DNA from: Clostridia bacterium
GTDB taxonomy: Bacteria > Bacillota > Clostridia > Christensenellales > CAG-314
Assembly (NCBI GenBank): GCA_036654455.1
Contig: JAVVRZ010000004.1
Location: 199 to 64,198, forward strand
Length of the DNA stretch: 64,000 nucleotides
Direction: 5' to 3'
Below the pieces are notes generated by a model, which did no database searches, was not told where the DNA came from, and saw only the letters and a program-made list of their open reading frames with translations. This document shows, piece after piece, positions 9,140-19,232 of this stretch; position 1 is the first letter of the stretch, and each line of letters opens with the position of its first letter. Position numbers and translations under genes: made by a program.

Positions 9140-10159
9140 ATGAAAATTTTGGTTACGGGCGGTACGGGCTACATCGGTAGTCATATTGTAGTCGAATTAT
9201 TAAGCAGAGGCGACGAAGTCGTTATAATAGACAACCTCTCTAACAGCGACATTACCGTACTTGACCGAATAGCTCAAATTACTTCGGTTCGTCCGTCGTT
9301 TTATAAATTAGATTTATGTGACCTTGACGGGTTGTCGTACATTTTTTCCATACACAAATTCGATGTGGTAATACATCTTGCAGGCAAAAAAGCAGTAGGC
9401 GAAAGCGTAGAAAAACCCCAAGAATATTACTACGTCAACCTTATCGCCACGCTTAATTTAGCCTCGTGTATGCAACAATTTGAAGTAAAAAATCTTGTAT
9501 TTTCTTCTTCGGCTACGGTGTATAGCCCAAGCAAAACTCCCGTAGACGAACAAGCTAATCTAGGTTGTACAAACCCTTATGGATATACCAAATTATTTAA
9601 CGAACAGATACTAATTGATATATGCAAAGCTAACAAATCTCTTAACGTTGCAATTTTAAGGTATTTTAACCCGCTGGGAGCGCATTCTAGCGGTCTAATA
9701 GGAGAGTGTCCTATTGATACGCCTAACAATCTTGCGCCCTACGTGCTTGCGGTTGCAGGACGACAATTACCCTACGTAAGAGTATTTGGCAACGATTATT
9801 CTACGCCTGACGGCACAGGCGTAAGGGACTATATTCACGTTTGCGACCTAGCAAAGGGGCATATTAAAGTTATTGACAAACTGCTTACAAACTGCGGTTG
9901 TGTAATATATAATTTAGGAACTGGCAAGGGCTATTCCGTGCTTGAAGTAATCGACGCTTACAGGGTAGCGACTAAGGCGGATATTCCATATCAATTTTTG
10001 CCAAGACGACCAGGCGACATTGACTCGGTCTACGCCGTAGCCGATAAGGCACGTAGAGAACTTGGTTTTACGGCAGAAAGAACCTTACTTGATATGGCAA
10101 AAGACAGTTGGAAATGGTATCAATATTATTTAGCTCATATCAATAAGACAAAGAATTAA
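9140..10159 (+). CDS. galE: UDP-glucose 4-epimerase
   Basis: ILVTGGTGYIGSH Rossmann motif, catalytic YGYTK, 339 aa. Confidence 0.9.
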   Translation: MKILVTGGTGYIGSHIVVELLSRGDEVVIIDNLSNSDITVLDRIAQITSVRPSFYKLDLCDLDGLSYIFSIHKFDVVIHLAGKKAVGESVEKPQEYYYVNLIATLNLASCMQQFEVKNLVFSSSATVYSPSKTPVDEQANLGCTNPYGYTKLFNEQILIDICKANKSLNVAILRYFNPLGAHSSGLIGECPIDTPNNLAPYVLAVAGRQLPYVRVFGNDYSTPDGTGVRDYIHVCDLAKGHIKVIDKLLTNCGCVIYNLGTGKGYSVLEVIDAYRVATKADIPYQFLPRRPGDIDSVYAVADKARRELGFTAERTLLDMAKDSWKWYQYYLAHINKTKN

Positions 10160-10298
10160 CTTTGAGAACTTGTGATTGACAAATGATTGACAAACATATC
10201 AAGGGTTAGTTTAGCTAAGTCGCTTAATAGAATATTTAGCAAGAGTTATTTAATTGAAAATTATTAAAATTATTAAAACAAATTATAGGAAGTAAATT

Positions 10299-11168
10299 AT
10301 GACAGTAAACAAGGCTTGTATATTAGCCGCAGGTCGTGGAACACGATTTTTGCCCTACACTAAGGCGGTTAGTAAAGAAATGATAGCCGTTGTCGACCGT
10401 CCTGCAATTTCGCTAATCGTAGACGAAGTAATCAGTTCGGGGATAAAGGATATTTTAATCGTCATTAGTCACGACAAAGAACAAATAATTAAGTATTTTA
10501 GTCCCGACCAAGACTTGCAAAATTTTTTAATTGCAAAAAATAAACCTATTCTTGCAAAATTAGTACAAGAAATAGGCGATAGAGCAAATATTTCTTATGT
10601 TTTTCAGTCTGTTGCAAATGGCTCGGGCGAAGCGGTTAAACTTGCAAAAGAGTTTTGCGACAATTCGCCTTGCGTTATTCTTAACGGCGACGACGCAATA
10701 TATAACGCAAATAAGACTGCAACGACCCAATTAATAGAGTGCTACGAGAAATATAACCATACTGTAATAGGCGTGCAACAAGTTACTCGTCAACAAATTA
10801 GCGCTTACGCCTCTTGCAACATTGTAGCAAGTTTTGCAAAAGCTCACTTAGTCGACCAAGTGATTGAAAAGCCTTGCGAACAACAAATTAAGAGCTTGCT
10901 TGCTCCGCTAGGTCGCTACGTAATTACCCCAGACTTTTTTAATTACTTAGACAAGATTACTCCTGCAAATAACGGCGAACTTCAATTTACCGATGCAATA
11001 AACTTGCAAGCTAACAAAGTCGGCATTTACGCTTACGAATTTGAGGGTAGACGCTACGACTTAGGCGACAAATTAGGCTATCTTGAAGCCGTAGTGGAAT
11101 ACGCTCTTAGAGATAATTTGTTAGGCGAACCTTTTGCCAGGTACTTAAAGACTTTAAATAATAAATAA
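10299..11168 (+). CDS. galU: UTP--glucose-1-phosphate uridylyltransferase
   Basis: AAGRGTRFLPYTKAVSKEM signature, 289 aa. Confidence 0.9.
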   Translation: MTVNKACILAAGRGTRFLPYTKAVSKEMIAVVDRPAISLIVDEVISSGIKDILIVISHDKEQIIKYFSPDQDLQNFLIAKNKPILAKLVQEIGDRANISYVFQSVANGSGEAVKLAKEFCDNSPCVILNGDDAIYNANKTATTQLIECYEKYNHTVIGVQQVTRQQISAYASCNIVASFAKAHLVDQVIEKPCEQQIKSLLAPLGRYVITPDFFNYLDKITPANNGELQFTDAINLQANKVGIYAYEFEGRRYDLGDKLGYLEAVVEYALRDNLLGEPFARYLKTLNNK

Positions 11169-11204
11169 TTAGTAATATATTTTTATAAAAAAAGGAGAAC
11201 ATCT

Positions 11205-12989
11205 ATGAGTTATCAAACAAGAAACGACATTCCTACCCAGCACAAATGGAACTTAGCCGACATTTTTGTTTCAACGGAGGCGTGGGACAAGGAATTTGAG
11301 CAAATCTTGGCTTTACTGCCCACGTTTACCGAATACAAGGGCAAGCTTAACAACAAAAAGACCATTCTTGAAATGTATAAAAATAATGACATTACAGAAG
11401 AACGTATTGAAAAGTTGTATTGCTACGCTTATATGACTTATTGCGAGGACAGCAAGAACACCGATTCGCAAACAAGATATGGCAAAGTATCTACATTGCT
11501 CTCTAAGATGTCGGAGCTACTCGCTTATGTAGAACCGGAAATGTCTAAAATACCCGACCAAGAACTTAACGAAATGGTTGCCGACAAAGATTTTGCCGAT
11601 TATAGCGAAAGCCTAAAAGCTTTAATTAGAAATAAGCCTCACGTACTCAGCGAAGAACAAGAACGCATAGTAGCTTCAACTGGCGACGTTACCAGATTTT
11701 TTAACGAAACATTTTCTCGTCTAGATAGCGGCGACCTCGACTACGGCTCGATTATGGTCGACGGCAAGGAAGTTAAACTTTCTCACGGCGCATACTCAAC
11801 CTTAATGCAACACCCCGACCAAAACGTTCGCAAACTTGCCTTCGAAAGGTATTATAAGGCTTATATCGACCAAGTAAATACAATTTCGGCAATATACGAG
11901 GGTAGCGTTAAGAGCGACATTTTCTACGCTAAGGTAAGAAAATTTGACTCGGCTATGGAGAAAGCAACTTTCTACGAAAACGCCGACAAAGTCGTTTATG
12001 AAAATTTAATTAAGAGCATCAACAATTCTTTTGAACCTTTGCACGAATATATAGCGCTACGCAAAAAATTATTAAAGGTCGACAAGTTAAATATGTACGA
12101 TTTGCACGTTCCAATCTTTGCTAACGCCGATATAGCTGTCGATTATGAAAAAGCGTTTGATATGGTGCTTGAAGGTCTTGCTCCCTTAGGCGAAGACTAT
12201 CGCAAACTATTACTTACTGCTCGCAATAACCGTTGGGTTGACGTTTATGAAACTCCAACTAAGCGTGGCGGAGCATACTCAATGGGCGTTACCGGCGTTC
12301 ACCCCTTTGTAATGTTAAATTATCAAGAAACAACGCACGACATATTTACCCTCGCTCACGAGCTAGGTCACTCAATGCACAGTCATTATTCGTCAAAGAA
12401 TCAACCGCAAGCAAAAGCCGGCTACACAATATTTGTCGCCGAAGTTGCTTCAACCGTAAACGAAGTGTTGCTACTTAATTACTTACTTGCAAAAGAAAAA
12501 GACGTAAATATTAAGAAATATCTACTATCTTACTACCTAGATATGTTACGCACTACTATGTATAGACAAGCAATGTTTGCCGAATTTGAGTATATCGCCC
12601 ACAAGAGAAGCGAGAACGGCGAACCTTTGTCAAGCGAAGTGCTAAGTAACGACTATTACGAACTAAACAAGAAGTATTATGGACCATCGGTTGAGCATAA
12701 CCAACAAATTAGATACGAATGGGCAAGAATACCTCACTTTTACAGGGCGTTTTACGTTTATAAATATAGCACAGGCATTACAAGCGCAGTATGTATCGCT
12801 CAAAGAATACTCAAAGAGGGCGCTCCAATGGTAGCTAAATACAAACAATTCTTATCGCTAGGTTGTTCGCTTGACCCGGTAAGCGAGCTTAAAGTTGCAG
12901 GCGTTGACCTAACAAGCAATGTTCCGTTTGACATAGTTAAGCAGTCTTTTGCCGAAACGTTACAACAATTAAAGGAGCTATACGAATAA
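11205..12989 (+). CDS. pepF: oligoendopeptidase F (M3B)
   Basis: HELGHSMH zinc motif, ~594 aa, typical N-terminus (..KWNLADIF..). Confidence 0.9.
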   Translation: MSYQTRNDIPTQHKWNLADIFVSTEAWDKEFEQILALLPTFTEYKGKLNNKKTILEMYKNNDITEERIEKLYCYAYMTYCEDSKNTDSQTRYGKVSTLLSKMSELLAYVEPEMSKIPDQELNEMVADKDFADYSESLKALIRNKPHVLSEEQERIVASTGDVTRFFNETFSRLDSGDLDYGSIMVDGKEVKLSHGAYSTLMQHPDQNVRKLAFERYYKAYIDQVNTISAIYEGSVKSDIFYAKVRKFDSAMEKATFYENADKVVYENLIKSINNSFEPLHEYIALRKKLLKVDKLNMYDLHVPIFANADIAVDYEKAFDMVLEGLAPLGEDYRKLLLTARNNRWVDVYETPTKRGGAYSMGVTGVHPFVMLNYQETTHDIFTLAHELGHSMHSHYSSKNQPQAKAGYTIFVAEVASTVNEVLLLNYLLAKEKDVNIKKYLLSYYLDMLRTTMYRQAMFAEFEYIAHKRSENGEPLSSEVLSNDYYELNKKYYGPSVEHNQQIRYEWARIPHFYRAFYVYKYSTGITSAVCIAQRILKEGAPMVAKYKQFLSLGCSLDPVSELKVAGVDLTSNVPFDIVKQSFAETLQQLKELYE

Positions 12990-12992
12990 ATT

Positions 12993-13277
12993 ATGGTTAA
13001 ACATATTGTTTGTTACACTTTTAAAAACGCAGGCGATAAGCAAAAAGCCCAAGATATTTTGTTATCTATGGTAGGCAAAGTACCGCAAATTATTGAAATA
13101 TCTGCAAAACCCGACTTTCTTCATAGTCCACGTTCTTACGAACTTGCGCTTGAAGTAACCGTAGCCGACAAACAGCAACTAGACGCATATCAACAGAACG
13201 AATATCATTGTAATGTTGTCAAAGCATTTATGCATAGCGTTGTAGATAAGGCAGTTTCGGTAGACTACGAATTCTAA
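12993..13277 (+). CDS. Dabb (stress-responsive A/B barrel) family protein
   Basis: 94 aa, starts MVKHIVCYTFK, ferredoxin-like Dabb pattern. Confidence 0.6.
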   Translation: MVKHIVCYTFKNAGDKQKAQDILLSMVGKVPQIIEISAKPDFLHSPRSYELALEVTVADKQQLDAYQQNEYHCNVVKAFMHSVVDKAVSVDYEF

Positions 13278-13345
13278 TCTAATCAATTAAAATTGCTTGT
13301 TGGCATTAACAATAGGCATAAATTTAAAAAAAATAGGAGGTATCA

Positions 13346-14680
13346 ATGTATAATTTCGACCCAATGTTTTATGCGGACATTCGCATAGAAGATAGATATT
13401 CTACAAATATAGTGTTTAAGAATAATGTGTTTGAAAGCATAATCGAGCGTAAAGATAAGCGAGCTTTCATAAGAGTTTTTGACGGAATAATGTGGTATTA
13501 CGCTTCTACGAGCGAGATTAGTAACGTTCAAACCGAGCTTAACAAACTATACAAGCAGGCAAAACCAAATAAAGATATAGCTTCTAATCCGGTTGTTGCA
13601 AAATTTGAGGTAAATAAAGACCGCAAAATTGTATTTACGGATAATAATATTCGCAACGTATCTAAGCAAGATAAACTCGACCTTGTTAAAGATTGCTTTA
13701 ACTATTTAACTCAGCCTTATATTAAGTTATCGGTTGTAATGTATATAGACCGTAGTAGCCTTTACGAATTTTATTCAAGCAAGGGCGCAGACATTAAATA
13801 CGACCATCAAACCGCAGGGCTTAACATTATGTACGCCTTAGCAAGCCAAACCGAACAATTTACAGGCAGGTTTGGTAGGGGCGAAACTAGCTTTGACAAG
13901 TTAATTAATTTAGGTCAAGCTATTACCAAAGAAGTTGACAGAGGCGTAGACTTTTTGCTTAACGCCAAACCTTGTAAGAAAGGCAACTTCCCCGTTGTGC
14001 TTTCTCCTATCGTAGCAGGCGTGTTTGCTCACGAATCTTTTGGACATAAGAGCGAAGCCGACTTTATGCTAGGCGACGAAACTATGCGTAAAGAGTGGGC
14101 GATAGGTAAAAAAGTCGCAAGCGATATCTTAACCATTGGCGATACCGGCGTAGAATTAGGTTCGGGCTATGTGCCTTACGACGACGAGGGAACAAAGGCA
14201 ACACGGACATATTTAATTAAAGACGGTATTTTGTCGGGCAGGCTTCATTCTTCTCAAACCGCAGTGTATCTTAAAGAGGAGCTAACCGGTAACGCACGGG
14301 CAATGAACGCTCAATACGAGCCCATAGTTCGTATGACCTCAACCTATATAGGTTCGGGCGACAGTACTTTTGAACAACTTATTTCAACTATTAAAGAAGG
14401 TTATTTTATCTACGACCTTGCGCACGGTTCGGGTATGAGCCAATTTACCATAGCGCCAACCATTTCTTACGAGATTAAAGACGGCAAAATTGCAAATCCC
14501 GTAAAGATATCGGTAATTACCGGGTCGGTATTTGAAACGCTAGGTTTAATTGACGGGTTAAGCGACAAGACCGAGATGCTTTCTTTTGTAACCGGCGGTT
14601 GTGGCAAAATGGAACAATATCCTCTAAACGTATCTTTCGGCGGGCCTTATGTAAGGGTGTCAAAGATGAGCGTACAATAA
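13346..14680 (+). CDS. tldD: TldD family metalloprotease
   Basis: HESFGH motif, 444 aa, paired with a PmbA-like gene. Confidence 0.8.
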   Translation: MYNFDPMFYADIRIEDRYSTNIVFKNNVFESIIERKDKRAFIRVFDGIMWYYASTSEISNVQTELNKLYKQAKPNKDIASNPVVAKFEVNKDRKIVFTDNNIRNVSKQDKLDLVKDCFNYLTQPYIKLSVVMYIDRSSLYEFYSSKGADIKYDHQTAGLNIMYALASQTEQFTGRFGRGETSFDKLINLGQAITKEVDRGVDFLLNAKPCKKGNFPVVLSPIVAGVFAHESFGHKSEADFMLGDETMRKEWAIGKKVASDILTIGDTGVELGSGYVPYDDEGTKATRTYLIKDGILSGRLHSSQTAVYLKEELTGNARAMNAQYEPIVRMTSTYIGSGDSTFEQLISTIKEGYFIYDLAHGSGMSQFTIAPTISYEIKDGKIANPVKISVITGSVFETLGLIDGLSDKTEMLSFVTGGCGKMEQYPLNVSFGGPYVRVSKMSVQ

Positions 14681-14692
14681 GGAGTTTAAACT

Positions 14693-15913
14693 ATGCAAAA
14701 AGAAATTATTAAGACAAAATCTACAAATTATACGGTAAATATTACAAATAGCAAGGTTACTTCGTTACGCAAAGTCGTCAATACCTTAACAACCGTAAGA
14801 GCTTACGAGAATGGTTATATAGGTATAGCCGGCGGAGTAGGAGAAATTGACCTTGCAGAACTTGAACAACAAGCTATCGCTAACCTTGACAACAAAATGA
14901 CTTACCCCTGCGAATTGCCGGAAAATGTCACAAAAGACGTTGACGTTGCTAACGCAATTATCAATCCCGACAATTTTGTTGAAATATGTTCTTCAATTAT
15001 GTCTAGGGTATCCTTAGCTGCGCCGACCTTTATGTTTTCTAACATAATTGTTTATAGCGAATTAGAGAAATATTATTCTAATTCTTGCAATAGCAGTCTT
15101 AGTTACAAGGGCAATTCTATTCAAGTAGCGCTTGTGCTTAAAGAGAAAAGTTCGGCAAATCTATTTGACCTATTTTACGAAGCTGAGGCTGATTACATTG
15201 ATATCGACCAAATTGTAGCCGATATTACCGACCTTACCGCAAACTATTATATTCCTTGCGACATAAGCGAGGGAACGCACAAAGTTATTTTTAATGGATT
15301 TAACGTTGTCGATTCGGCTATGCAACACCTTTCTTGCGAGATGTATGGCGTAGGCGCTTCGCTGTTTAAAGATTCGCTCGGCAAGCAAATATTCAACCAA
15401 GATTTTAACCTTTATTATAATTCTAACCCAGAAGAACAGATATGTATTCCATTTTTTGACGCCGAAGGGCGTTTTGGACAAGATTACAAGTCTTATATTA
15501 TTAAGGATGGAATTTTGACTAACTTACTCGGCAACAAGAAGGTTGCTCAAAAGTTTAATTTGCCTTGCGCCGAACGTTCTTCCGCCGACTACGACGGGCT
15601 TGCGCAAGCTAGCCACGTAGGTATGGAAATAGGTTGCAATAATCAAAGTTTAGCCGAGCTTGCAGGCGAAGAAGCCGTACTTATAACCATTGCTTCGGGC
15701 GGAGATATGACTTCGTCGGGCGACTACGCAACCCCTGTTCAACTTGCCTATTTATATAGAAACGGCAAGATAGTCGGTCGTTTGCCAAATCTTAATATTA
15801 GCGGTAATATCAAGGATATTTTTGGAAAAGATTATATCGGCTCAACTTCCACGCTTTGTCGTCGTTATGGCAAGTCAAGCTATACGCTTGCTTTAATGAA
15901 TGTAACTAAATAA
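14693..15913 (+). CDS. pmbA: PmbA/TldE family protein
   Basis: 406 aa, follows tldD directly, family-typical C-terminal G-rich region, no HExxxH. Confidence 0.7.
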   Translation: MQKEIIKTKSTNYTVNITNSKVTSLRKVVNTLTTVRAYENGYIGIAGGVGEIDLAELEQQAIANLDNKMTYPCELPENVTKDVDVANAIINPDNFVEICSSIMSRVSLAAPTFMFSNIIVYSELEKYYSNSCNSSLSYKGNSIQVALVLKEKSSANLFDLFYEAEADYIDIDQIVADITDLTANYYIPCDISEGTHKVIFNGFNVVDSAMQHLSCEMYGVGASLFKDSLGKQIFNQDFNLYYNSNPEEQICIPFFDAEGRFGQDYKSYIIKDGILTNLLGNKKVAQKFNLPCAERSSADYDGLAQASHVGMEIGCNNQSLAELAGEEAVLITIASGGDMTSSGDYATPVQLAYLYRNGKIVGRLPNLNISGNIKDIFGKDYIGSTSTLCRRYGKSSYTLALMNVTK

Positions 15914-15929
15914 AACTTTATTTATATTT

Positions 15930-15970
15930 AATTAGGCTTGAAACTTAATGTTTCAAGCCTAATTTTTTTT
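15930..15970. terminator. bidirectional terminator between convergent pmbA and queT
   Basis: AATTAGGCTTGAAAC/GTTTCAAGCCTAATT stem followed by T8. Confidence 0.85.
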
Positions 15971-16011
15971 CAAGCGTTAGAAAAATTTATGCAATTTTGC
16001 CGATTGTTATC

Positions 16012-16515
16012 TTAGTCGGCGCTATTATTTAGCAATAGAGGTATAATATTTCGTTTTGTGAGCAAATATAAAGGTATGCCCACGCCGTAGAGAATAATTG
16101 CTTGACTAATAAATATCGACAAGCAGTTAAGCCAATAGAAAGCGTCAACTCCGCTAAGCAACCAAATAAGCGGTAGTCCTACGGCATTAAGAACAATAGG
16201 CGGTATAGGGGCAAGCCACATATTCTTAATTTCGGCGGTACAAATGCCTGCTATAAGGGTGATTAAAGTTCCAAAAATAATGTCGTAGACACCCATAACA
16301 GAAAAATATACGTTTGATATAAGACAACCAACCGTAACGCCAAGAGTAGCAAAAGGCATTAAAGAAGGCAATATTGCAAAACACTCGGCTATTCTTAATT
16401 GAATTACGCCGTAGCTAATAGGCGCAAGCACGATTGTCATACTAGCGTATAGAGCGGCAATAACTCCGCTAATACAGATTTTTGTAAGATGCGACATAAT
16501 TATATTATTACACAT
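16012..16515 (-). CDS. queT: queuosine precursor transporter QueT (ECF S-component-like)
   Basis: LTKICISGVIAALYASMTIVLAPISYGVIQLRIAECFAILP is the QueT signature. The likely true start is the Met at 16497. Confidence 0.8.
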   Translation of the reverse strand: MCNNIIMSHLTKICISGVIAALYASMTIVLAPISYGVIQLRIAECFAILPSLMPFATLGVTVGCLISNVYFSVMGVYDIIFGTLITLIAGICTAEIKNMWLAPIPPIVLNAVGLPLIWLLSGVDAFYWLNCLSIFISQAIILYGVGIPLYLLTKRNIIPLLLNNSAD

Positions 16516-16595
16516 TTTACGGTAAAATGCAATTAATACATAATATTATCTGTTTAGATAATACTATACATATAAATCTTTATAAGGAGGAGTGT

Positions 16596-16823
16596 ATGAG
16601 GACATTTAATGTTTTTTCGGTTATATCGCTAATTCTAGTAATAATAGGCGCCCTTAACTGGATGGTTGTTGGAATCTTTAACTTTAACTTTGTTTCCTTT
16701 ATCACGGGAACGTGGACTTGGTTAGAACGAACAATCTATATTCTTGTAGGCGTTGCAAGTATCTATCTTATTATCTGGTCGTGTGTGCGTATGCCCATTA
16801 AGACCCAACAAGCCAAAAACTAA
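16596..16823 (+). CDS. DUF378 family small membrane protein
   Basis: MRTFNVFSVISLILVIIGALNWMVVGIFNFNFV. RBS AAGGAGG lies 6 nt upstream. The longer ORF-track start at 16527 is unlikely. Confidence 0.75.
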   Translation: MRTFNVFSVISLILVIIGALNWMVVGIFNFNFVSFITGTWTWLERTIYILVGVASIYLIIWSCVRMPIKTQQAKN

Positions 16824-16841
16824 TCTTAGTTAATTAGTTTA

Positions 16842-16877
16842 AACCGCTTTTTTAAATGTTAAAAAGGCGGTTTTTTT
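16842..16877 (+). terminator. rho-independent terminator
   Basis: AACCGCTTTTT/AAAAAGGCGGTT hairpin followed by T7. Confidence 0.75.
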
Positions 16878-17055
16878 AATGCTCGATTATTCTTTTAGGC
16901 GTAATTTCTAACAGTTTTATCATTATACCGCATATTAAAAAACAAGGTTTAAAAAAATATTTGTATTATATTTAAATTTATGCTATAATATAATTACAAA
17001 TAAAGTAAAGTGCGTAGCTTTTGCTATTAATTTGATTTTATAAAAGGAGGATAAT

Positions 17056-17610
17056 ATGCTAAGTTTTTTTACAAGTTCGGCAGACGCTAACTTTTGGCAA
17101 AGTTTTGTGTTACTATTTTCGGAGATGTCGACAATCGTAATTGTTTTGTTTGTCGTAGGAATCTTGTTTTGCTTAATCGAAGTGTTTATACCCGGCATTG
17201 GCGCTTTTGGCATTATAGGACTTACGTCTTTTATCGTCGCTATGATTATACGTATGGTTCAAGATGGTAACGCATATATGTTGCTTATTATGGTGTTCTT
17301 TGGCGTAACTCTTATCGGCGGGACATTCTTAATCCTATCTCTATTAATCAAGAACGGCAAACTTGACAAAACAAAAATGTTTTTAGTCGGCACGTCGGTT
17401 TCTACCGGTATTACAGAAGGCACAAAAGATTACTCAAATTTACTTGGTAAGGTTGGCACTGCTAAGACATTATTGCGTCCTGTTGGAATAGCCACATTTG
17501 ACCAAGAAACGGTCGACGTAGTCGCATTAAACGGCGTAATTGAGGCAGGCAGTCAAATCAAGGTAATTAAGGTAGAGGGGCAACGAGTGGTAGTTGAACC
17601 CGCCGAATAA
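17056..17610 (+). CDS. nfeD: NfeD family membrane protein
   Basis: Multi-TM N-terminus plus C-terminal OB-like domain (..QIKVIKVEGQRVVVEP). Sits upstream of floA as in the B. subtilis yqeZ-yqfA operon. Confidence 0.75.
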   Translation: MLSFFTSSADANFWQSFVLLFSEMSTIVIVLFVVGILFCLIEVFIPGIGAFGIIGLTSFIVAMIIRMVQDGNAYMLLIMVFFGVTLIGGTFLILSLLIKNGKLDKTKMFLVGTSVSTGITEGTKDYSNLLGKVGTAKTLLRPVGIATFDQETVDVVALNGVIEAGSQIKVIKVEGQRVVVEPAE

Positions 17611-17636
17611 AATAAATACATATTAGGAGGAATATT

Positions 17637-18638
17637 ATGGCACAATTTTTACTAGCATTTGCGGCAATAGAAGGTTGGGTAATAGCCTTAATCGTTATTA
17701 TTGCTGTTATTTTACTTTTAGTTTTACTTATTTTCCCAATCGGGACGTGGTTTAGAGCCTTGATAAGTAAGGCGCACGTATCAATGGGGCAACTCGTTGG
17801 TATGAAATTAAGAAAAATTAGGTTTAAAATGATAGTCGAAGCTTACATTCGTTCCAAAAAAGCAGGTCTAGACATTGAAGTTAACGAACTTGAAACGCAT
17901 ATTATGGCAGGCGGTAACGTTTTAAATATCGTCGACGCTTTAATATCTGCGCATAGCGCAAATATTGAACTTAGCTCGCAAACTGCAAAGGCAATCGACT
18001 TAGCAGGCAGAGACGTTCTTAACGCCGTAAAGATGTCTGTTAACCCTAAGGTAATTGAAACGCCTATTATTAGCGCTATTGCCAAAGACGGTATTGAGTT
18101 AAGAGCAAAGGCAAGAGTTACCGTTAGAGCAAATATCAGTCGTCTAGTTGGTGGCGCAGGCGAAGAAACAATTATTGCTCGTGTAGGCGAGGGTATTGTA
18201 ACAACTGTTGGTTCGTCCTCAACGCATAAGGAAGTTCTTGAAAATCCCGACCTTATCTCTAAGACAGTACTTAGAAAAGGTCTTGACGCAGGTACTGCTT
18301 ACGAAATATTATCTATTGATATCGCCGACATTGACGTAGGTAGAAATATCGGCGCTCAATTACAAATGGACCAAGCCGAAGCCGACAAGCGTATTGCGCA
18401 AGCTAAGGCGGAAGAACGTAGAGCTATGGCAGTTGCAAAAGAACAAGAAATGAAAGCCGCAACCCAAGAAATGAGAGCTAAGGTAGTAGAAGCAGAGGCG
18501 GAAGTTCCTAAGGCTATGGCGGAAGCTTTCCGTACAGGCAGGCTAGGCGTTATGGATTATTACAAGATGGAGAACGTTCAAGCCGACACCGCTATGCGTC
18601 AAACTCTAAGTGGCGGTACAAAAGAAAGTAAGAAGTAG
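17637..18638 (+). CDS. floA: flotillin-like protein FloA (UPF0365/SPFH)
   Basis: N-terminal TM, then [29 protein letters not shown], and a C-terminal Ala/Glu coiled coil. Confidence 0.9.
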   Translation: MAQFLLAFAAIEGWVIALIVIIAVILLLVLLIFPIGTWFRALISKAHVSMGQLVGMKLRKIRFKMIVEAYIRSKKAGLDIEVNELETHIMAGGNVLNIVDALISAHSANIELSSQTAKAIDLAGRDVLNAVKMSVNPKVIETPIISAIAKDGIELRAKARVTVRANISRLVGGAGEETIIARVGEGIVTTVGSSSTHKEVLENPDLISKTVLRKGLDAGTAYEILSIDIADIDVGRNIGAQLQMDQAEADKRIAQAKAEERRAMAVAKEQEMKAATQEMRAKVVEAEAEVPKAMAEAFRTGRLGVMDYYKMENVQADTAMRQTLSGGTKESKK

Positions 18639-18641
18639 AAT

Positions 18642-19121
18642 ATGGATTATATGATATTTATGCCTATACTCGTATTTATCGTTATTGCCTTTATCATTAC
18701 AGGCGCAAGCGTTCTTAACGCTAAACGCAAAAACCATCAAGAGGAAGAACGTAAAAAATACGATAGACAGGTCAATTTTAGAGCGCAAAACCATTCGGGC
18801 ATTGCGCCAAAATCTAAAAAAATCGTTGTTCCGCCAACGGCTTCAACAAGAGAGCCTATGAGGGTAAGCGTAGTAGCTGATAGATTAGCTAGCGGTCACG
18901 GACACGCTTCGGCTGGCGATGCGATAGAATTTAGACCAGATACTTCGGGTTCGTTAGGCGACCAAGAAACTGAGGGTTGCGTAGAGCATAATAACATACG
19001 CTTTTTAACTAAAACGACAGAAACCGAAGAAGGTCAACAAACTATCTACGATTACGACCAAATAGCCTTAGCTATTGTGCTAGGCTCGGCTCTTTCCCAA
19101 CCTAAATACAAAGACTTATAA
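18642..19121 (+). CDS. hypothetical membrane-anchored protein (third gene of the nfeD-floA operon)
   Basis: Single N-terminal TM helix, no recognised motif, tightly linked to floA. Confidence 0.5.
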   Translation: MDYMIFMPILVFIVIAFIITGASVLNAKRKNHQEEERKKYDRQVNFRAQNHSGIAPKSKKIVVPPTASTREPMRVSVVADRLASGHGHASAGDAIEFRPDTSGSLGDQETEGCVEHNNIRFLTKTTETEEGQQTIYDYDQIALAIVLGSALSQPKYKDL

Positions 19122-19135
19122 TTTACCTACAAAAC

Positions 19136-19176
19136 AATTATCCGCAAGAATTAGTTCTTGCGGATAATTTTGTTTT
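19136..19176. terminator. bidirectional terminator
   Basis: AATTATCCGCAAGAA/TTCTTGCGGATAATT 15-bp stem followed by a T-run. Confidence 0.85.
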
Positions 19177-19232
19177 AATTAATAATTTTATTTAAAATGT
19201 TACTTCTTTAATATATTTAATATTTGTATATA

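Noticed and set aside
16516-16595. Expected preQ1 riboswitch upstream of queT
   Set aside because: The minus-strand leader has only a short hairpin (CATTTTA-CCG-TAAAATG). It lacks the conserved preQ1-I/II features I know (C-containing loop plus an A-rich ACUA tail pairing). I cannot support a riboswitch call by eye.
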